64,000 nucleotides of DNA, from the NCBI RefSeq assembly GCF_006345805.1, contig NC_043017.1, positions 30,814,001 through 30,878,000 on the forward strand, given 5' to 3'. Origin of the DNA: Octopus sinensis. Lineage: Eukaryota. Positions 54,718-64,000 of the stretch are shown here, piece by piece; the stretch's first letter is position 1, and each line of letters begins with the position of its first letter. The notes beneath the pieces are model-generated. The model was not told where the DNA came from and searched no databases. It saw only the letters and a list, made by a program, of their open reading frames with translations. The position numbers and the translations under genes are program-made.

Positions 54718-55571
54718 TGTGTGTGTGTGTCTGTGTCTGTGTGTATGTAAGTGTGCGAGTGAAAGTCAAGAGAACGACTGATTCTCTAAAGCTCAACATG
54801 TATGTATATTAAGACAGATATGTAGAGACGCTCGCACATATACACAATATATAATTATACACATGCATATGCACGTGTATGCATGTATATTTATGAATAG
54901 GTGGATGGATGGATGGATGGATGGATGGATGGCTTTAGAAATGTGTAACTCTGCGTTGTTTTGTGATCAAATGATCACGAGTCTGCATTTGACACTCATA
55001 TACATGACAAACCGTTTGTTTTTCATATTTTTCTGGTCTTCTTGTATTCGTCACATACATCAAGAGAGACCTTATCACAGCGTAGATTTATCTGGAGACG
55101 ATATACTCAAGGAAATGAGACGTGATTTTGAGGAAGGTGACAACAGAGATATGCAATTATTTATTTATTTATTTATATGTGTACATATATATAGCATTCA
55201 TCCATAACTGCATGAGTATATGTAGATATGTATTTAGTCGTAATTGTGCTTACATGTGTGTGTGTATGTTTGTCTGTCTCTCTGTACTTGTAATTTTGTA
55301 TATGTGGACACAAGGTCGAAAGAGGCGGTTTGTGGTCCGTGTTAGGAAATGTTTTATTGCTTGCAAGATATAACTGAAAGATTTAGGCATTACTGCCATA
55401 GGGAGAAGATTTTCTAGCAGGTTTTGTAAAATATTTCTTGCGCACGAAGATCAAAGCGAAGACAAATATGAGAAGTGTTTGACGAGTTGTATTTTCCAAG
55501 CAAATATATTTATATTTAAGGCGTGAAATTGAGACGCCATTTGGAAGATAGCTGACGAAGAAATATATATA

Positions 55572-55992
55572 CTCTTTTTACTCTTTTTACTTGTTTCAGT
55601 CATTTGACTGCGGCCATGCTGGAGCACCGCCTTTAGTCGATCAAATCGACCCCGGGACTTATTCTTTTTGTAAGCCCAGTACTTATTCTATCGGTCTCTT
55701 TTTGCTGAACCGCTAAGTGACGGGGACGTAAACACACCAGCATCGGTTGTCAAGCAATGCTAGGGGGACAAACACAGACACACAACCCCTCCTACACACA
55801 CACACATATATATATATATACATATATACGACGGGCTTCTTTCAGTTTCCGTCTACCAAATCCACTCACAAGGCATTGGTCGGCCCGGGGCTATAGCAGA
55901 AGACACTTGCCCAAGATGCCACGCAGTGGGACTGAACCCGGAACCATGTGGTTGGTTAGCAAGCTACTTACCACACAGCCACTCCTGCACCT
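55572..55992 (-). mobile_element. SINE group A
   Basis: Near-complete copy. Confidence 0.9.
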
Positions 55993-56853
55993 ATATGTTC
56001 ATGTTTTATGTGAAAGTTTTCCATTTGTTCGTTTGTTGTCCTTTTGATCAATTTTTGAATATCATTATTTTGATGGCTGCAATTCATGTTCGAGTATTGC
56101 TATGGCTTGATCGATAATCCCCCACGTACGAAGGTTAAATATAAATATTTTTTTTTTTTTATGACGGGTCTTACTTTTTTCAACTAATGCCTGTGCATCA
56201 TGGTATTTTATAGTGTGGGAAATGATTTGTACAATTACAGGCCCACTCTTTGAACATATACAACATCGACTCGAAAAGAACTAGTCTACATCATCGAATA
56301 TTGCCATTGTCGGACGTTTTCCCTCAGAGTTACCCTCTCTTAGAGAGATTTTGTGAAAACAGTAGGGCATCCCACTCCCAGTGGGACAACCAGGCGCCTT
56401 GACACCAAATCAGGTATTTCGACATCCTCGCGTATATATACATACATTTGTACACATATAGTTAGATGGCCATTGACTGCTCATGAGCTCTTCCGCCCGT
56501 TTGACATTTCTTATTTTTCGTCCTCCAGGGCGTCCAACTTTCACCCTCCTCACCTAGCAATTTTAATTTTATTGTTATACGAGTTTATATCGAGGAATGA
56601 GAACACAATTCAGACGTTATGTATTTTGAATATACAAAAGCGAATATATAATTCTGGTGTTCTATACGTTGAATCTGGATGCCATGTGTATGCTAAATCT
56701 GTTTCAGCGATAGACTGTAGTTTTACATACATACACAAACGCACACATGCACACTTACAGACGCAAACATACATACACACATATCTCCAACATATATATC
56801 TATCCATCCATCTATCCAACTATCTACCTATATATCTATCTACCCATGAATAG

Positions 56854-56910
<57 letters not shown>

Positions 56911-57067
56911 CCTATTTTGTCGGCGATGGACCGACCATGCAACTTATATACATACTTACATATGTGCGTATATTCGTGTGTGTGCCTCTGTGTGAGTTGG
57001 TATGTGTGTGTGCGCGCGCTGGTGTGTGCATGTGTTTGAGTGTGTGAGTGTGTGTGTGTTTGTGTGT

Positions 57068-57330
57068 GAAGGCGCAAGGCATAGTGTTTAGGGTGTTGCC
57101 TTCACAATTGCAAGATGATAGTTTCGATTCTCAAACTGGGCGTTCCGTTAAGTTCTTGAGCAACACACTTCATTTCTCGTAGCTGCGACGATTTAGTCAT
57201 CTGATATGGGGAACGTCGTGCATCTGATACGGTAATATCGATTTGATGTCGGTACAGAGCTTATGTGTACACAAATATTTCATCACTATAAAACAAATCA
57301 TCTAGATAGATGGACTTTACTGAACCCACT
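57068..57330 (+). mobile_element. Old tRNA-headed SINE
   Basis: GGCGCAAGGCATAGTGTTTAG...TTCGATTC head followed by a CTTGAGCAACACACT core-like segment. Confidence 0.5.
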
Positions 57331-57946
57331 TACGATGTGTAACGTTGAGAGAGTCCATGACAAATATTCACAGACATGGCAGGAGTAAATACACACTCTT
57401 TTAATCATTAAAATGTATCTAAATCTGAAATGATGCATTCAAATTCTTTATTGATTGTTATGATGTGAATAATGAATATTTGGGAGACATGCTCTTTGCA
57501 ATTTTCCTTGAAGGGAACATATTAGGCATATTAATGATCAGGTGATGAATATTTTCTTAAGGAATCTCTTACCGAGTTACAGGCAATAGTCTCAAAATGG
57601 CAACACCGTGGACTAACTCCCGTATACAGAGGGTTACAGGAACTCTACAATTTTTTCTCGGATCTTGGGAGAGCAGCGAGACAATGGGATAAGAGGTTAG
57701 GGCAGTGGGGAAGACATACACCCACACGCGCACACGCACAAAAACACGCACTAACAAACACGGATACAAACGCATGCGCACATAAGGATACACTTCGCAG
57801 AAGAACAGAATGGAGTAAGTGGTGCAAGAACACACAGGAAAACGAAAAGTGTCACTGAAGATGTCACATATGTGTGACGAAAGAATTCCATTCCTGACAA
57901 TTAAAATAATAAATTAACAGAAATAAATAAACGAGTGCAGAAAATA

Positions 57947-58024
<78 letters not shown>

Positions 58025-58028
<4 letters not shown>

Positions 58029-58582
58029 GCCCTGATTCAGTACCAGGCAGTGGCTCTCATGGCTTCTGAGCTTAACTGATTGGAAGTGTTATCATTTACA
58101 TTGTTTTGTCTTGGTATAAAAGATGGGCTACAGCAAATATTCTGCTCAATACCAGAGATTTGCTTGTCAGTTGTTTGACCTTAACCAGTTGAGCATGTCC
58201 ATTAGTAGCTAATGATATGTGCATCTCTGATCACGAGCAGAAGTAGTGGGGGAGCATCATAGCCATGTGTTGAGAGGGATTCTTTAGGGTTTGAATAATT
58301 CACCTCTGGAAACATGGGTGGTTCTTTCAACATCCTTAAACAACCCTTATTCAGGGACCTTTTGAGCAGGATGGGCTACTCAACCTGAAGAAAATTCTAA
58401 CTGGGCCCCACCTGCAAGGTCATGTGCTGTTTATTTTGATATGAGATCATCATGCCGCGCACATATGGTTGTGATGCATGTGCCTGGTGTACCCTTATCA
58501 GACGGGTAGCCATGATGGGTATACTGGGCTTCGTAATTTTACCCCAGTGTCACTTTGATGGCATGCACTGCTTCTCCTCACT
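58025..58582. mobile_element. Non-coding element X, full length, in (AAT)n
   Basis: High identity to 31298-31837. Confidence 0.85.
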
Positions 58583-58669
58583 AATAATAATAATAATCAT
58601 ATATAATAAAGATAATAACAATAATATAATAATAATAATAATAATAATAATAAAATATAATAATAATAA

Positions 58670-58700
<31 letters not shown>

Positions 58701-58828
58701 AAGAGAAAGAAGGAAGAAGAAGAAAGAAGAAGAAGAAGAGAGAAGAAGAAGAAGAAGAAGAAGAGAAAAGAAGAGAAGAAAGAAGAAGAAGAAGAAGAAG
58801 AAGGATAATAATTATAATAATATATAAA

Positions 58829-59151
58829 GCAGAAGTAGTGGGGGAGCTTCATAGCCGTGTGTTGAAAGGAATTCTTAGAGGTTTGGATAATCCATATCTG
58901 GAAACACGTGTGGTTCGTTAAACATCATTAAACAATCCTTATTCAGGGACCTTTTGAGCGGGATGGGCTACTCAACAACAAGAAAATTCTAACTGGGCCC
59001 CACCCGCAAGGTCCTGCGCTGTTTATCTTGATTGCGCACATATGGTTGTGATGCGTGTGCCTAGTGTACAGACCGGTAGTCATGATGGGTATACTGGGCT
59101 TCGTATATTTTACCCCAGTGTCACTTTGATGGCATGAACTGCTCTCTCACT
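58829..59151. mobile_element. Element X, partial (lacks the AAATGCCC end)
   Basis: Aligns to the right half of 58025-58582. Confidence 0.8.
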
Positions 59152-59229
59152 AATAATAATAATAATAATAATATAATAATAATAATAATAATAAAAAAAT
59201 AATAATAATAATAATAATAATAAGAATAA

Positions 59230-59260
<31 letters not shown>

Positions 59261-59288
59261 AAGAAGAAGAAGAAGAAGAAGAAGAAGA

Positions 59289-59758
59289 AAAGAAACAACC
59301 ATACTCTGGGATATGCCGATACACACAGAAAGAGAAATTAAGGCCAACAGACCAGATATAGTTGTCAGAGATCATGAAGAAAAAATGCTTTCTAATTGAT
59401 GTATCAATACCGGCAGATGACAACGTGTCTCTAAAAAGAAATGGAGAAACTCTCAAAATACAAAGACCTGGAAATAGAGGTAACTAGAATGTGGAACCTG
59501 AAAACAGAAACAATTCCTATCATAGTAGGTGCATTAGGCATGATAAAAACATATTCAGACAAATACATAACAAAACACCAGGACTTACAAACACATATAA
59601 CATACAGAAAATTGCACTACTAGGCACTGCACACATCCTACGCAGAACACTTTCCATACAATAACCATCAGAGCATCACAACAAATCACAGCACATACCC
59701 AAGGCACACAGAGCTGCGCTCGGTAGTGAAGTGAAAGCACGCTATAAAAATAAAACTA

Positions 59759-59761
<3 letters not shown>
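59289..59761 (+). mobile_element. 3' end of an R4/Dong-like element, family 1
   Basis: TILWDMPIHTEREIKANRPDIVVRDHEEK.CFLIDVSIPADDNV...KLSKYKDLEIEVTRMWNLKTETIPIIVGALG...LGTAHILRRTLSIQ*, with minor frameshifts. Followed by (AAT)n. Confidence 0.9.
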
Positions 59762-59827
<66 letters not shown>

Positions 59828-60809
59828 CATCATCATCATCATCATCATCATCTCGAAATACAAAAATATCTGTTTCAACACACGATTTCAGACCAGGAGT
59901 CTTGTATAACGAATTGATAAACGAATTTACAGAGAGATATATACACAGACACACACAGACAGACACACACACACACGCACATATTTATTCCTGGTTGAGA
60001 AAGTTGTTCTTATTGCTACGGTCACAACAATGTTCACAACTTTTTTACACTGTACCCCCATCTGAAGCATAATTGTCATTCAATTTATTCCGAGTTTAAA
60101 AAAATAATAATAACAATACAAAGATCCTTAAAAACTAAATAAACCATGAAACGGTTAAAACAAAATTGCATTTTTCTACAAAAATTAAGGGCATTGCGTT
60201 TGCACGTGCATTTGTTCGTGAGTGTTTTAAATAGATACGTGGACATACAGGCATCTATTTATCATGTTTCGTGTATATATGAAAGCAGAAAGTCATGATG
60301 CTCTGGCTTTCGTTTACGAGTAGTGTGTAAGACACAATATACATCAAAGCGAAGTTACCCTAGTAACAAGCAGTGAATCGTGGGACCGTTAAAGGGGAAG
60401 CACTTTGCCCGTTTGTGGGCTTATGAATAACGTTTAATTATTTGTGACATGTATGAAGGAAATTCGTTCACTGATATATCAAAAGAATGAATAATATATT
60501 CAGATATTTCAGAACGCTTCACTGGTTTTTATGAAATTTGGAGCCCAGAGTTACAGCGGTAATATATTAGAAGGGTCACCTGTGCTTCATACTAAATGTA
60601 TACGGTCTATAGAAACCCGAGTTTATATAAGAAGAAACTTTCCGGTGGATCCACGCAGTGGGCTCGAACACAGCACCATATAGTTGGGGAGTAAACTTCA
60701 AACACTCTTGCCTTCTATTATATGAATATACATATTTACACACATGTGTGTGTGTATGTATTTATAAGATCCTGGAATATTCAACTCCCAACGTGATAAA
60801 TAGTGATTG

Positions 60810-60840
<31 letters not shown>

Positions 60841-61026
60841 GATCGGTCGATAGATAGATAGATAATTATAAAATTGCAGGCAGATTTAATCAATTAATCT
60901 CGTATTTTTTGTCTACCAATATTCATGAAGTTGTTTTCTAGCTGAATATTATTATATATGGTCGCATATTAGTACATTCTCATCATTTTTATTCTGTTTA
61001 CTGCCATTCCTTACCTCAATGCCCGG

Positions 61027-61081
<55 letters not shown>

Positions 61082-62178
61082 AGGTGTGTATATGTGTGCA
61101 CTCACAGTTATTTGCCTCCCACGTCTCCCTAAAGTCCTCATATATCTATATGTGGTTGTGATATATATCTACTTATGTGCTTCTTTTTCTCTCTATCCCT
61201 CTCTTTCTCTCTCAGTCTCTCTCTCTCTTTCTTCTCTCTCTCTCTTTCTCTCCTCTCTCTCTCTCTAATATATATATATATAAATATACATACATAAATA
61301 CAATGTAAATATATGTATGTGAGTGTGTAAACACACACTCACACACGCACACATATATATATATAGGATAGTGCTTATGTTTTAGTTAACTTTATGATGT
61401 GTATAGCTATTTGCTTTGGAATAATTATTTTCCAAATTGAAAACATTTTTCTCATGGACTCGCGTAATTATTGCTATTATTTTCAAAAAATAAGACTTTT
61501 CAAAATTATAGTCATCGCGTTTATTACTGCATATTCTTCAACAATATTTTCACCAGAATCAGCTTATTATAATCCACATACCAGTATCATTACCGCCACC
61601 GGCACCACCATCATCATCAACATCACCATTATCATTATCATCATCACGAACATCATCGTCACGGTTGCCATTGTTTTGTATTTTTGTTTGACATTAGTTT
61701 TAGATTAACGCGTGTTCATGAAGCTCATTTGTAAATTGTAATTGAATTTGTTCCTTTGTCTATCTGCCTGCCCGTCAGAATATTACATGTTGTAAACATG
61801 TAGACATTTGTGCAAATTAAAGGTCTGAAATAATCCCCTTTTGCAAAATATAAGATTAAAATTACACACTATCAAAGACAAAATAAGTATCCGATATAAA
61901 AATTATAAATCGGCGACTGTACCAGCAATATTTGACGCCACTACTTAAAAAAAAAAACTTCTTTATTATGTATTAGCCCATAATGCGAATTTTTGTTAAC
62001 TTGAAAAACGAAAGCGCTTACACACGAAATACATACGAAACACAAGCTACTCTGCAAAAATTGATTTCATAAATGTTAATGACCTAAAATTAAATAAATG
62101 AAAATTGTTACTCTATTGCTAATAACTTTCAAAAACATCTTTTCTAATCATTGTGTATCAAGTATTTTTATCTGTGTG

Positions 62179-62221
<43 letters not shown>

Positions 62222-62685
62222 ATATATTAATAAATGAAACATATGCATATATATATACATATATGTACGTACCTACCTCTACGTGTATATACACACGCAT
62301 ATATGAGTACAGGACAAATAACACAAGGAAAAAACCCCTTCTTCAGTCGCCATGGTTTCATCTACTCTACGTTTCGAAGGTGAAGGCGGGATATATATAT
62401 ATATATTTCTAGATTTATGAGGAATATTATGTTGATAAAGGAAATGAACATTACGATTCTAATCCAGAAACGTACGTACATAATTAACCAAAGACTGTGT
62501 GATTTCATTGGTTTACATCACTTTTTGCCATATGTGAGTTACAAATATTGTTGTCTATGGAAACTTATTTTTGTAGTAAAAGGAAATAGTAGTCTTCTGG
62601 CTGCTATTTCTAAAATTCTCGGTATGTGGTTTAAGCAACTTGTTGCAATAAACCCTTATTATTATAAATATATGTATATATCCAT

Positions 62686-62739
<54 letters not shown>

Positions 62740-62752
62740 TTATATATATATA

Positions 62753-62793
<41 letters not shown>

Positions 62794-63555
62794 CTTTAAT
62801 TCTTTTACTTATTCAGTAATTTGTCACCCGCTGGAGCATACCCATGAAATGTTTTCATCAAACAAATCGACCGCAGGAGTATTTATTTTAATCTTCAGAC
62901 ATATTCTATCGGTCCTCCTGCCGAACCGCAAGGCTACAGGGACTTAACAAACTAACACCAGCTGACAAATAGTGAGGGAGGGCCAATCACAGACACAGAT
63001 ATATACATCAACTCTATTTGTAGAAGCCTTTGATGGTCAACCGACGAGATCCCAGTTTTTAATTGTATTAAATTTAAAGCAAGTGTATATTATTAGATAT
63101 TTTCTATTTTCTGAATAAGGCGAGTGTGATATGATATAAACATTACTGTTGTTTTTAGCAACTTAGAAATTCACGAAGAATTTACAAAAGCTTTGAGACT
63201 ATTAATGAGCTTAATGATTAATAGCAGTGAGATATGTAAAGCAAGAAACATGCCACTGAATTTAAAATGAACGTAATAATGAGGTGATTTGAATTGATTA
63301 ACATTGCTAGTAATAATGTTACAGATATTAGCAGGTGAGGTTGTTTGGTTATGAATGTTGTTGCTTCAGTCTCATTTTGCACAATGTTAGAAAGTGTCTT
63401 CTACTGTAACTTCAGGTTCACCCATTGCGTGGCTTTGAAATTTTATACACCGGTACCTTCAGAAGCCAAATTTATTCTGTACATGCATACATACGTGCTC
63501 CCTCATGGACACAGCCTTAGGGCTGAAACTTAAAAGAGAATGAAATAATACAGAA

Positions 63556-63991
63556 TAGGAGTGGCTGTGTAGTAAGTAGCTTGCTTACGAACCACATGGT
63601 TCTGGGTTCAGTCCCACTGCGTGGCACCCTAGGCAAGTGTCTTCTACTATTGCCTCAGGTCAACCCAAGCCTTGTGAGTGGATTTGGTAAACGGAAACTG
63701 AAAGAAGCCCGTCGTATATATGTATATATATATATATATATATAAATATGTGTGTGTGTGTGTGTGTGTATGTATGTTTGTGTGTCTGTGTTTGTTCTCC
63801 CAACATAGCTTGACAACCGATGCTGGTGTGTTTACGGCCCCGTAACTTAGCGGTTCGGCAAAAGAGAACCACAGAATAATTACTAGGCTAACAAAGAATA
63901 AGTCCTGGGGTCGTGTTGCTCGACTAAAGGCGTTGCTCCAGCATGGCCACAATCAAATGACTGACTGAAAACAAGTGTAAAAGATAAAGAG
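63556..63991 (+). mobile_element. SINE group A
   Basis: Near-complete copy. Confidence 0.9.
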
Positions 63992-64000
63992 TATATATAT

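Noticed and set aside
55040-55150. Protein-like stretch RPYHSVDLSGDDILKEMRRDFEEGDNRD
   Set aside because: Weak splice signals (GTGACA donor) and no recognisable homology or neighbouring exons.
62335-62390. Minus-strand GAAACGTA...CTGAAGA
   Set aside because: Core halves are in the wrong order, with no closing stems in this copy.

Overview
Repeat-dense, AT-rich eukaryotic DNA with no host protein-coding exon that I can support. Almost all ORFs in the track are microsatellite or SINE read-throughs. The repeat repertoire points to an octopus (coleoid cephalopod) intergenic or large-intron region; this is inferred from recall of the repeat families, not from a search. Contents: three tRNA-headed SINE groups (about 30 copies), two Tc1/mariner relics, RTE, Tx1-like and R4/Dong-like LINE fragments, and many (TA)n, (AAT)n and (ATCT)n tracts. 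Main points of interest: (1) a set of short Penelope-like fold-back relics, mostly in (TA)n tracts, carrying minimal hammerhead ribozymes, including one fully canonical copy, a U3/A8 covariant and a three-copy CUGU(A/C)GA variant; (2) nests of R4/Dong-like fragments plus a non-coding ~540-bp fixed-end element, mostly in (AAT)n tracts; (3) an RTE LINE whose upstream ~1.2 kb is eroded to ~18% GC with CpG retained, while its 3' end is intact (hypermutation or assembly artefact); (4) a unique promoter-like block with twin DR4/CArG-like composite motifs 105 bp apart. All coordinates and counts were made by eye.
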